This document shows, piece by piece, positions 1-10,867 of a DNA stretch of 64,000 bases. Numbering within the stretch: position 1 is the stretch's first letter; every line of letters begins with the position of its first letter. The position numbers and the translations under genes were made by a program. The stretch is taken from assembly GCA_024704765.1 (NCBI GenBank), contig JAKMXF010000166.1, positions 304,699 through 368,698 on the forward strand, written 5' to 3'. The notes under the pieces are model-generated. The model made no database searches and had not been told where the DNA came from. It saw nothing but the letters and a program-made list of their open reading frames with translations. This stretch comes from Oopsacas minuta. Its lineage: Eukaryota > Animalia > Porifera.

Positions 1-2
1 TT

Positions 3-1052
3 GTAGATAAAAGCACAAAGCTTCCTTTCTCAAAGCAAAAAAGTATGGAAAGTAAACCTGATAAGATTTATGATTCTAAAGGAAATCATTATTACTATTT
101 GGATGATTGTGTTAATGTATTTATGTCATCAAGTGCACACCCTGAGCCCAGTCTGAAGATTACTCCTTCCTTACAAAATGGTACAAAATCTCCTAATAGA
201 TCTAACTATCTTGCAATTAGACCATTGAATACAGTTATTGGAAACAAACAACCAACGGACAGACCCTCAATTCATAAGAAATTCACAAAGAGATCTCAAA
301 ACATTACTTCTACTCCAGGAAGTGGAATTGGATGCTCAACACCGGAATTAACCACGTGTATGATATTCGAAGATTTCAAAGAAGGTAGTAATTTTTCAGA
401 GGTTTACAGTCCTGAGTCGAAAAGATGTCCCCCCAAACAACCAGACGAGTATTATAAAGTGATGGAAGGTGAGAAGAATGTAGATATTGAATATGAAGAA
501 TTTTCGAAATTGGTTTCTAGTCCTGAGAGTAAAACAAAATCTCAGGATAGTAAAATTTTAAAACGAAAACCCGAAATTCCAATAATTTCTACAAAAATTC
601 TAAATATGAATAAAGTAGGTAATAGTGTTGTAGATAAAAGCACAAAGCTTCCTTTCTCAAAGCAAAAAAGTGTGGGAATTAAACCTGATAAGATTTATGA
701 TTCTAAAGGAGATCTTTATTACTGCTTGGATGATTGTGATAATGTATTTATGTCATCAAGTGCACACCCTGAGCCCAGTCTGAAGATTACTCCTTCCTTA
801 CAAAATGGTACAAAATCTCCTAATAGATCTAACTATCTTGCAATTAGACCATTGAATACAGTTATTGGAAACAAACAACCAACGGACAGACCCTCAATTC
901 ATAAGAAATTCACAAAGAGATCTCAAAACATTACTTCTACTCCAGGAAGTAGAATCAAACCGGAATTAACCAGGGATATGATATTCGAAGATTTCAATGA
1001 AGGTAGTGATTTTTCAAAATTCGCTGCCGAATTAAAACACAGATATAAATAA
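3..1052 (+). CDS. Uncharacterised Ser/Lys/Pro-rich protein with a 209-aa internal tandem duplication; 5' end lies outside the window
   Basis: The frame is open from position 3 (VDKSTKLPFSKQKS) into the ORF at 45..1052. Sequence starting at 1 recurs at 628 (period 627 bp). No recognisable domain. Confidence 0.6.
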   Translation, partial: VDKSTKLPFSKQKSMESKPDKIYDSKGNHYYYLDDCVNVFMSSSAHPEPSLKITPSLQNGTKSPNRSNYLAIRPLNTVIGNKQPTDRPSIHKKFTKRSQNITSTPGSGIGCSTPELTTCMIFEDFKEGSNFSEVYSPESKRCPPKQPDEYYKVMEGEKNVDIEYEEFSKLVSSPESKTKSQDSKILKRKPEIPIISTKILNMNKVGNSVVDKSTKLPFSKQKSVGIKPDKIYDSKGDLYYCLDDCDNVFMSSSAHPEPSLKITPSLQNGTKSPNRSNYLAIRPLNTVIGNKQPTDRPSIHKKFTKRSQNITSTPGSRIKPELTRDMIFEDFNEGSDFSKFAAELKHRYK

Positions 1053-1375
1053 GAGTAATTTTGTAATTTGTGCTTTATTGAAGTTTGATATGTATAATAT
1101 GACTGTAAGCACGTATTTTACACGTATTTGTAATTAAAATTTCCAAAATTTGTTTTTTCCAGTAAAATCTGATAGCACACTTCACAACGCTCTGTCAAAT
1201 GTACGCTCGCACCTGTGAGAGTAATCTACTTTTCAGAATCAAATTATAAGTATCTTGTTACATTTATTGCTTTACATAATTATTACATTAGGACCTTGCA
1301 CTTTTAGATACTATGTGAGGATATATTAATAATATATGTGGAGTTCTCAGTATATGAGAGTTTTTAATTTACTTA

Positions 1376-2335
1376 ATGATTCATAGAGATAAACTTTCCA
1401 CTTTGGGTAATGTCAGTAAACCATTTCCACATTTCAGTGGATCAATTTCAAAGCATGAATCTAGGTCACAATCTGTCAGCAATCCAGAAATCTACGTTGA
1501 AATGATTAATCCATTGAATGATAAAGTTGGGAGAACACATATTTTTCATGAAAAGTTATCAAAGAGTTTTGTGAGCCCCCAGAATGGGAGTATTAAACAA
1601 ATACAAGACATTCAAGTCAGGATATTTCCAGATAAAATACAATCTGGAGATAGGGTTATATTATGTAATAATAAGATGAAGAATCCTAAGGGCAAAATTG
1701 TTAACAAACCTGAAAAACCAAAGCAAGAACAGCCCCCTGTATTTAAGAAAAACTGGCAGCATAGAAAATTAACGGATAAAGATAATGACGTATCTAATTC
1801 AAATGTTCAGATTCATAAACCACTACACAAGCAATTTACTGAGGCAAGTATTGTCCTACCAATCATGAAGTATAGTATGAAGTATAGTCCTCCTATAAAG
1901 CAGAGAGATACTAGCAGGTCAATTGGTCATGAAAATATTTGTGAAATTTTAGCAAGCCTTAGCAACAAAAATTCTGAGGAATGTAACTCGAACCAAGAAG
2001 AAATAATTTATGAAACCTTCAATTCAAATGAGTGTAATGAATCAGAAGTATTCTCTCCACAAATTACGAAAGCTAGCCCTACCAGTACTCAGAGAGGAGG
2101 CAAATCTAATACGCTTCTATATCTACCAATTGTCCCAATCCATAAGAAACCACTAATCCCTAGCTTACAGAGATATAACTCGAATAGAGAAGAAGGTTAT
2201 AAGCAACATAAATTATCTTGCAACAATATTGCCAAACCGAAGAGACCTGCTCCCCCAATCCCAATCCTTAGATCTTCCTCAAATAGGGAAGATATAAAGC
2301 CTTTTCATACAGGAGAAATTAAGCGAAAATATTAA
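1376..2335 (+). CDS. Uncharacterised low-complexity protein (319 aa) with a Pro-rich PKRPAPPIP motif
   Basis: ATG-initiated 960-bp ORF in AT-rich DNA; no domain recognised. Confidence 0.55.
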   Translation: MIHRDKLSTLGNVSKPFPHFSGSISKHESRSQSVSNPEIYVEMINPLNDKVGRTHIFHEKLSKSFVSPQNGSIKQIQDIQVRIFPDKIQSGDRVILCNNKMKNPKGKIVNKPEKPKQEQPPVFKKNWQHRKLTDKDNDVSNSNVQIHKPLHKQFTEASIVLPIMKYSMKYSPPIKQRDTSRSIGHENICEILASLSNKNSEECNSNQEEIIYETFNSNECNESEVFSPQITKASPTSTQRGGKSNTLLYLPIVPIHKKPLIPSLQRYNSNREEGYKQHKLSCNNIAKPKRPAPPIPILRSSSNREDIKPFHTGEIKRKY

Positions 2336-3196
2336 AACTCTCAAAATGATTTTTCCGCTAATGATTTGTATATTTGGCACAAATTTGTACATCTCTGCTC
2401 GTCTGTAGTTTTTTATGTATCATGTAATTGTGATTATGTTTTCAATTCCTTTCATTTAGTATTAATTTGGAGAAAATAACCAAATCTTTGGAAATTTTAT
2501 TCGTTTACTGTTATGTATTGAGTTATCATATCACTATCATTGAGCTTTACTACCTGGAACACTAGCTGGACCATCAAGAATTCAGTATGCTAGCAGAATG
2601 TTACAAGATGTGTATTGACAAAGGCGGTGGCTATGGCTTACAATATTAATTATTTTTGCACATAAAGCTCAAAACCTTCGGAATGCCCCTTGAATGAAAC
2701 GTTTTGCGGCTGTGTTAGCTATTCTACGCGATAACTATCGTACCTAAATGGTAAATTTGGATAACTTTGCCTCTGCCCAATCCCTTATAGTCCTGCAGTC
2801 ACCAGATCTTCAGGAACATCGGAAATCCATGGGAGATGAAGTTCCATGTTGGCATAGTAATGTGAAGTGGGGTGGCCAAGGCTGCCCCACACCACTGATC
2901 TTAGGCTCAGAGTCTAAGAGAATTATTTAATTTCATCACATAATTCTATATCTTTTTATCATAAATAATTGAAATTATTCGCTCCCTAAGATGCCAACTT
3001 GGCATCTCATTAAGTTACATTTAGAGCCGCGAAAAACCATGAGAGTTGGTATATCTGATCCTAAACGATGTAACCAGCGGTGTTATGCTGTTTGGACGCA
3101 GCTCCCATAATTTCATATTCGTGTTTCACCGTAAGAATATTTTAATTTTGGTATTCTATTCTAATCTAAATTACAATAATGGTATTTTAGATTAGT

Positions 3197-6100
3197 ATGG
3201 CCAGTCAAACGGATGATTTCAATAAAATCAAGCTATACATAGAGTCTGAACAGGGAAATCAGCCTCTACTCCTTAGCTGGGACACAGCGTTACCTCTCAG
3301 AGCTCTCATAGCTGAAGTTTGTTCGCAATGGAGTATCAAAAATCCTGAATCTTTCGCACTAAAAACCTCTTCTTCTACTCAAGAATTTTATCTAACAGAT
3401 GAAGCTAGAAGAGAGCTCAAATCTGGACAACTATTACACATGACTGCTTCTCCGAAGAAGATGGCTGAAGAAGTGAAACAGCTCTTGAATACTCAGACAG
3501 AAGAGGCCAAGGAAGAGTGTTTCGAACTATTACAATTATTGTCTAAAGATCCTCTCTTCGTTACATCATTCTTATCAACTGATGGCATACATTTCCTGAT
3601 GGAAGCTATTCAGAAGGAAATAATGAACTACAACCCAGAGGCTCATCCCATGAAAGTAAGTTATCACTTATTTGTGCTATTGATAGGCCAGTTTACTAAT
3701 ATTATAATAGTACATATGATAAAACAATTTTTGAATTCATTCGTTAATTTATGTTTCAACCTTGACCAGAAAGGATTGATGATACGGTAGAAACCGGTGT
3801 CAGTAAATAGTGTTCCGCCCGTGAATAATGTTCGGGACACAATTCCCTAGTGGAAAATGTTCGGGGAAACCATATTCACTACTAAATATGGGGAACACTA
3901 CAGTAGAGAGGAACTATATTCGCTAGTGAATAATGTTCGGGGGAACACTAATGGCTGTGACACCGAATATATTTAACACACATTTTTTGTACGAAAAATT
4001 TGTTAAAAATATCCCTGTTACTAGTGTATTCGTTTTTTAGAGAATATTCGATTCGTTTAATTTATAATTTTTCGTTCTAAGCACATTTAATTATCGCTAA
4101 TAAGGCCATGTAAAGTAATATACTTGTTTCTCATCCCCGCCCGTCCTGACAGATTTATTTGTATTTTTCCAAATTTATGGCTATTCCTTTGGTCACAGAG
4201 TGTGTAATCCATATTTTAATGCTTGCATAGTTGAAAAAATTCTAAATATTTCTGCCAAGAAAGTATGTGATGAGATAATGGAAGAGTAATCTACACATTA
4301 ACTGCCCTGTAAAAAATAAAAATAAATTACCGTTCGCCGTCCCAATTTCTGAAGAAATTCCGTGGATGAGAAACAAGTAATTTATTTTCATCGCCTAAAT
4401 ATGCCACGTTTATCCGAACAATAATTATTACTTCCTTACCAACATTATCTCTTCTCTTCCTCTCTAAGGGAAGGATACGATGAGCATCTAGCTTTCCCTA
4501 TAAGCTGTGTAGCTGTAGCCCAATGAATTCACTCCTTTTCTAATAAATATGACATTTATTTGATTCTAAACTGAATCATAATTAGCGTATAGTACAAGCA
4601 TTTAAACATCATGTAGAATCCCTTCGTATATTTTTTAACTGGCTTTCATTTGTGTTAGAAAACTTACTATGTTTGGCATACACACATTCATTATACCTAT
4701 AAATTACTGAAATATTTATCGTAGACGATTGATGGATTGCTAGAATCGTTTCAAGACATCATGGAGCAGTCAATGGTATCTTGGACTATAATACAACCCG
4801 AGTATATTATCAATCTTTGTGAATTTCTTAACAAACAGAAGGAACCACAATTACAAACAAAAGTATTGACGCTTCTAGAAAATGCTATTTTTAACAGTGA
4901 AAAACTCTACCTTCCCATATTTGAGTCTCTCTCAACAGAGACTCTAACCTCTCTTACTTCTGATAAAAGCCCTTCCGTACAGCTAGCTACCCTCTCGTTC
5001 ATAAATGCTATGCTCGGTAAAGGTAACACTATGGAGTATCTGCAATTACTCAAGAAACAGAGGATACTTCAGGGAATCGGTAGCCATGTTATTGGTAGAC
5101 ACCCTCAGGTCAAACCGGAAGTAGCACATCAACTATACGTTTGTCAGAACCTTTCCCTCGGTGTCCTGGAGAAGAGAGCTACTTCGAGATTCATAGACCA
5201 TTATGATACCTCATATAAACATTTAGTGTATCTAGTAAACTCACTACACATACAGACACCTGATACAGCTAACAAGAATATTGAAGATGAATTCGTTAAG
5301 CTAGGATTTCTCAATGAAGATCCTACTGAAGATTTTAATGACGTACCTCCAGGTCTACTTGCTCTCGATTGTATGGTTTATTTCGCGCAGAGTCAGCCGG
5401 AGAACTTCACTAGGCAAGTCTTAAGGAAATTAGAATTTCAGTGTCCTTTCGGACATACTTCAATTTTCTTAACAAAGATGATGTATAGCTTGTTGAAAGT
5501 AGGAGAGCCTGTATCTGATATTTCTACCGACTATATTCCCATGTTCTTCTCTAATCAGAACTTTTTTGAGGAATTTTTCTGTATCAATATTCAATTATTG
5601 TTTAAAACTTGGAGAGAAATGAGAGCTACTCCTATTGACTTCGAGAAGGTAATGAGTGTCGTGCAGAAACAGATTGATATGGTGATGCGTGATCCCGAGG
5701 TTTCATCACTAGACTCTTACAGGAGGAAAATTATGCAGTTGAATTACTCACAAATTCTTAAACAGCTTGATATCGAGAAGGAACATCAAGATGCGAATAT
5801 TTTCAAAGCTAAGCCAGTTATGGAGCTTAGAGATAGATTACAACCTCAAATACTTGACCTTATCAAGAGACAGAGACTCAATCAGCTGGTCAAAGGGGAG
5901 AGCTTTTCTGATCCTAAGAGAAAGAAAACTATTTTCTGTAGATTGACACAGAATCATAAATTCTTACATTACGGAGAAGTTGAGGGTAACAAAGTACCAA
6001 GTATTGAAGAACTAGAAAAGAAAATACAAGTCAACCAAATGAAGGAATTGTTGTTGGGTAAAGACATTGTATTTAAAAGTAAAAACAAAACAGAAAGTCA

Positions 6101-6374
6101 TGCATTAGGCATTGTATTCAGTGGTGGAGAAGATAAGAGGCTTGAACTGTTAGCTACGGATGAGAGAAAATTTTGTGTTTGGATTGATGGAATTCGAATT
6201 CTTCTAGGACAGCAACCAGACTCTGATTTAGCTATTAGTGATATGGAAACTCTACTCAATATGGACATGAAGATACATTTGTTAGCTATTGAGAATATTC
6301 CAATACCAGATTATCCTCCTGTCATACCTCCAAATCCTCCTAATCTCGATTTCTGTACTACCCCTGATTTGTAA
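3197..6374 (+). CDS. ELMO: Engulfment and cell motility protein (ELMO), join(3197..3655,4725..6374), about 702 aa
   Basis: The N-terminus matches the ELMO RBD (LRALIAEVCSQWSI..FAL..FYLT). ELMO domain (GF..DPTEDF..PPGLLALDCMVYFA, CPFG), split PH domain (FCRLTQNHKFLHYG) and C-terminal PxxP (PDYPPVIPPNPPN) are present. A phase-0 GTAAGT donor at 3656 and AG acceptor at 4724 join the two ORFs in frame. Confidence 0.95.
3795..3965. mobile_element. MITE in the ELMO intron (family with GTGAATAATGTTCGGG sub-repeats)
   Basis: Imperfect TIRs CGGTGTCA..GTGTTCC / GGAACAC..TGACACCG and internal GTGAATAATGTTCGGG repeats. A related partial copy lies at about 10529-10627. Confidence 0.65.
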
Positions 6375-7126
6375 AAATCTTACATTCACATTCACACTAT
6401 TATGTGTGTGAATTGTGTTTGTGTTAGAAAGACTTTTTATTTGAATATCTATAAATTGAATAGTTTCAAGCTGTAATTCTATATTTATTGTCTTCGTATT
6501 AGTTATCTTTATCTATGCGAATTTTCTAGTCGCTGTGTGTCGCTAAGCAGAATTATATTATTTTTATTTTGTTGGACTAGTGCAATTATATATGCATATG
6601 TTTGTTCTCATTATTATTTCCTAGTTATTTAGTTATGACTGAGGGTCTTGCTTGCAATTGCTGTTGTGTGGGTGTTCTTGGCATGTCTGTACAACATATG
6701 TTTGATATTCGTCCGCGGAATTCGCCTTGGTAATACCCTGTTCCTAAGTCCTACGATATTTTCAAAATTGGCATGAGTAATGGGGAAGGCCAATATTTCA
6801 TTTCATGGCATTCCACTAATCCATGGTAAATCCACACTCTAACAAGCAGAGAAGAACCTCAAAACGCTGGTACAACATACATTATATCTATGCTAATTGC
6901 TATGAGTACATGTTGAATATTTGATGAGTAATGAATGAATTATGGAAATAGATAATACAATATTTGACAGCATAATTTGATCCAGAATTACGTCATGCAT
7001 ATTTTCCAGAAAATTATTGTTCCCTATATTTGAATTTCTTGCGTGAATGCTCCCTCCCATCCAGTTTTATCGTCGTACAACTAATAATATTCCCATTTTA
7101 TCCTCAATTGCTATTATTACTAGTTC

Positions 7127-8425
7127 ATGACAATGTACTCTCTCAGACATAAACCATCTTCAGCTAAGAAGCCAGCTAAATCCCCAAAGCATCCCCCTGT
7201 TTGTGTATTTTGTAATAAATGTGATAACATGGAAGGACAGTTAGGCACGTTAATTTCTTCTAAAGTATCCTCATTGTCTGCACATGAATATTGTCTCACT
7301 TTCTCAGCTGGCCTCTTCAACCAGGAAGATGAAGACGTTGGTATAAATGGATTTCATGAATCAGGAATTAGAGAAGAACTGAAGAGAGGAAATAGATTAT
7401 GTTGTAAGTATTGTGGGAAGAAAGGAGCAACGCTTGGTTGTGAAGATAAGCGTTGTAAGAATGCTTACCATTTACCCTGTGCTCTTCGTTCGAACTGTTT
7501 ACTACAATATTTTGGAGCTTTTCAAGTATTCTGTCAATTCCATCACATCAAACAAGTCATACATGACAAGAAATCTACAAGTTTCCATGAAGAAGCAATC
7601 AGATCACTAACTTCAGAAGAAGAGAATGATATTAAGCAATCTCTAATTACTATTCCATTCAATTTCTTCATACCTGAATCTGCATACACAAGTTTAATCC
7701 CCTCTCTTCCTTACACTAAGAGAAGAGCATCTGTCCTACCTACACAACCAGATGATCAGATCTGTACTTGTACTTTGCACCCTGTCAAGGGTCGTACACT
7801 TGACCTTTCACCTGATTCATTACTCTACTATTTCTCAGAACCTGATCCCACACATCAAAGTACAATAAGTTGTGGTATATGTATCTGTGATATCGATAAC
7901 AAACCTTCCTTCCACAACCTAGTTACCCCGTGTTGTGGAAACTATTTCCATCGTCCCTGTCTACAGAGGATGGCTCTATCAGCTGGTAAGCACCACTTCA
8001 AATGCCCTATGTGTGGTAACGTGGAAGATTTCCAAAACGAAATGCAAACATTCGGTATAAACCTCCCAGATAGAGACGCTCTATGGGAAGATGGAGATGC
8101 GTACCATGATTTACACAGTATATTTGAAGAGTGCTGTGCTTCAGACTGTTTATGTCCACATGGGAGACAATTCGCATTAGATGATAGTGTGTTAGAAAAG
8201 GAAGATCCCTCATGGGCTATATTTATATGTAGTTCGTGTGGTCAATTCGGTTTACACTACAAATGTTGTAGGAAGGAATATCCTCATTTGATTTGTGAGC
8301 TTGATTCTGAAATCTGGAATTGTCCCACGTGTAGTGTTGCATTGGATATGGCTAGGATAGAAGATACAAAATTAAACTTAAATGTAAAGCTAAAAGATTT
8401 TTCTATTCACCTTGTAAAAATTTAA
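7127..8425 (+). CDS. PHF7/G2E3-like PHD/RING finger protein without a HECT domain
   Basis: Extended PHD (CVFC..HEYC; CKYCGKKGATLGCEDKRCKNAYHLPC..FCQFH), RING-like PHD (CGIC..PCC..FHRPCLQRMALSAG.HHFKCPMC) and a third PHD (CSSCG..HYKC..WNCPTC). Intronless. Confidence 0.85.
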   Translation: MTMYSLRHKPSSAKKPAKSPKHPPVCVFCNKCDNMEGQLGTLISSKVSSLSAHEYCLTFSAGLFNQEDEDVGINGFHESGIREELKRGNRLCCKYCGKKGATLGCEDKRCKNAYHLPCALRSNCLLQYFGAFQVFCQFHHIKQVIHDKKSTSFHEEAIRSLTSEEENDIKQSLITIPFNFFIPESAYTSLIPSLPYTKRRASVLPTQPDDQICTCTLHPVKGRTLDLSPDSLLYYFSEPDPTHQSTISCGICICDIDNKPSFHNLVTPCCGNYFHRPCLQRMALSAGKHHFKCPMCGNVEDFQNEMQTFGINLPDRDALWEDGDAYHDLHSIFEECCASDCLCPHGRQFALDDSVLEKEDPSWAIFICSSCGQFGLHYKCCRKEYPHLICELDSEIWNCPTCSVALDMARIEDTKLNLNVKLKDFSIHLVKI

Positions 8426-8616
8426 TAATTGAACTTCTTGAAATTGTGAATTTGCTAGTTTAATTAGAATTTAACAAACCTATTTTTAGCTTTTTCTAAT
8501 CAACATACAATTTGTAAATTTGACTATCATAAATACTACTACATTATCCAAACGAAATTCCATAGACTTTCTAACTATACCTGTTTTCCCATAATTATTT
8601 TCTAAATCTGGAAAAG

Positions 8617-10140
8617 ATGGCTGGTAAACGTACATATAAAGATGAGTGTAATTTTATTGAGAGAGAAGGAAATTGCACTTTCAAAATCAAGAAAGACTTC
8701 GTTCCTAACATGCAAGTAGAAGGACGATTCTATGTGAATGACAGACTGAAGAAATTAATGTTTGATGAATTAAGTCACCATTCGAGGAGTCAGGGAGTAG
8801 GAGGATTTCTCCCAGCTGTAAAGCAGATAGCTAATGTAGCCTCTCTCCCAGGCATAGTACACCGTTCCATAGGACTACCTGATGTACATTCAGGATACGG
8901 ATTTGCTATTGGTAATATGGCCGCGTTTGATATGGAAAATCCTGATGCAGTTGTATCACCAGGGGGAGTAGGATTTGATATAAACTGCGGTGTAAGACTT
9001 TTGAGAACTAATCTATGGTTAGATGACGTAGCACCAGTAAAGGAGGAATTAGCTCAATTGCTATTTAATCACATTCCTGTGGGGGTAGGGTCACGTGGTG
9101 TAATTCCAATGGGGGCCAGGGACCTCGAGGAGGCCCTGGAGCTCGGGATGGATTGGACCCTGAGAGAGGGGTTTAGTTGGGCGGAGGACAAAGAACACTG
9201 CGAGGAATACGGTAGAATGTTACAAGCAGATCCTTCCTGTGTATCAGCTCGCTCTAAGAAAAGAGGTCTACCACAACTGGGTACATTAGGTGCTGGCAAC
9301 CACTATGCTGAGATTCAGATAGTAGAGGAAATATTCGACAAGAAGGCGGCATATATTATGGGAATAGAGGAAGAGAATCAAATATGTGTAATGATTCATT
9401 CAGGAAGCAGAGGCCTGGGTCATCAGGTAGCTACAGATGCATTAACTGATGTAGAGAAAGCAATGAAGCGTGATAAGATTCTAGTGAATGATAGACAATT
9501 AGCTTGTGCTAAGATATTTTCAAAAGAAGGACAAAATTATCTTAAGGGAATGGCAGCTGCTGCTAACTATGCTTGGGTTAACAGATCTTCTATGACATTC
9601 CTGGCTAGACAAGCTTTCTCTAAAATGTTTACAGCTGATCCAGATGATCTAGACATGCACGTTATATATGATGTATCTCATAATATAGCAAAAGAGGAGC
9701 TACACGTCATCAATGGACAAGAAAGACGACTGCTTGTTCACAGGAAGGGATCAACACGAGCATTCCCTCCTTTTCACCCTCTCATCCCAGTAGACTACCA
9801 AAATTTTGGGCAACCTGTAATTATAGGAGGGACAATGGGCACCTGCAGTTATGTTCTTACGGGTACGAATAAAGGAATGGATGAGACATTTGCTACAACT
9901 TGTCACGGAGCTGGCAGAGCGCTCTCACGTGCTAAATCTCGTCGTAACCTACAATACACTGATGTGTTAGAACAATTAGAATCTCAAGGAATTTCTATTC
10001 GTGTTGCTTCTCCCAAACTGGTGATGGAGGAAGCAGCTGAATCATACAAAGACGTCACTGAGGTTGTCAACACCTGCCATGCTGTTGGCATATCTAAAAA
10101 GGCTTTCAAACTTAGACCTATAGCTGTAATTAAGGGATAA
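8617..10140 (+). CDS. RTCB: tRNA-splicing ligase RtcB (eukaryotic type)
   Basis: [74 protein letters not shown] and TCHGAGR motifs; 507 aa; intronless. Confidence 0.98.
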   Translation: MAGKRTYKDECNFIEREGNCTFKIKKDFVPNMQVEGRFYVNDRLKKLMFDELSHHSRSQGVGGFLPAVKQIANVASLPGIVHRSIGLPDVHSGYGFAIGNMAAFDMENPDAVVSPGGVGFDINCGVRLLRTNLWLDDVAPVKEELAQLLFNHIPVGVGSRGVIPMGARDLEEALELGMDWTLREGFSWAEDKEHCEEYGRMLQADPSCVSARSKKRGLPQLGTLGAGNHYAEIQIVEEIFDKKAAYIMGIEEENQICVMIHSGSRGLGHQVATDALTDVEKAMKRDKILVNDRQLACAKIFSKEGQNYLKGMAAAANYAWVNRSSMTFLARQAFSKMFTADPDDLDMHVIYDVSHNIAKEELHVINGQERRLLVHRKGSTRAFPPFHPLIPVDYQNFGQPVIIGGTMGTCSYVLTGTNKGMDETFATTCHGAGRALSRAKSRRNLQYTDVLEQLESQGISIRVASPKLVMEEAAESYKDVTEVVNTCHAVGISKKAFKLRPIAVIKG

Positions 10141-10310
10141 TTTCATTCAATTCTATAGTAGAGATTTAGTCGTGATTACGTATCGATCAATTCACTTTTT
10201 AGATTTGGACTAGATTTACAATTGCTTTCTCACATTTGAATATTTCTTCGACCTGATATTTATAGAAATTTATATATTATTTTAGTAGTTATTTATCTAG
10301 TTATAGGGAA

Positions 10311-10441
10311 TGGCGGAAAATTGGTGGCGGAAACATCAAAGCAGGATAACCACTAATCGAGGGCAAATCTCCACTCCGATCAAGCCGGTAATGCAACGCG
10401 AATTTCCCCAAGACTATTCTTCCGCAACCAACTTTCCGTCA
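10311..10441. mobile_element. MITE with TG(G/A)CGGAAA-type TIRs
   Basis: TGGCGGAAAATTGGTGGCGGAA versus the reverse complement of TTCCGCAACCAACTTTCCGTCA. A second copy at 23981-24170 shares the internal AAGCAGG..CACTAAT..AGGG.AAATC motif. Confidence 0.65.
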
Positions 10442-10528
10442 ACAAATTTTACGAAATAATTCTCCTCTCTCAAAGGTAGTTACATATTTCACATGCTGAT
10501 ATATATATTTTGATAGCTCAACTTTGAA

Positions 10529-10627
10529 CTGTTTGGGGAACAATATTCTCTAGTGAATAATGTTTGGGGTACCATATTCCGTAGGTAATAATGTTCGGGC
10601 TGGGGAACATTATTCACTGTGACACTG
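10529..10627. mobile_element. Partial copy of the ELMO-intron MITE family
   Basis: GTGAATAATGTT(T/C)GGG sub-repeats and a TGTGACACTG end resembling 3956-3965. Confidence 0.5.
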
Positions 10628-10867
10628 GATATATGAACCATCCTGTAAAACGGTTCTCGTGTGTTTCTATATAATTTATATGTTATAGGAACATATTTTG
10701 CTACTCCCTAAGGTGTTCTTATAAGCGATAACCACTGTAACAGCAGACTCTAGTTAATAATACGTACAACATGCAACAAGGTCCAAGAGTCCACCGAATA
10801 CATTCTACAATCTAATTATTGCATTATCTCATTTCAATTTACCGATATTTTCTATGAGAAATTGTAA

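Noticed and set aside
3656-3790. C-terminal part of ORF 3197..3790, and the TTG starts at 4737, 25708 and 43533
   Set aside because: Intron read-through and internal exon positions, explained by the spliced gene models.
8617-10140. RtcB as a bacterial RNA-repair gene or contamination
   Set aside because: Sequence is the eukaryotic RTCB type and lies among spliced animal genes.
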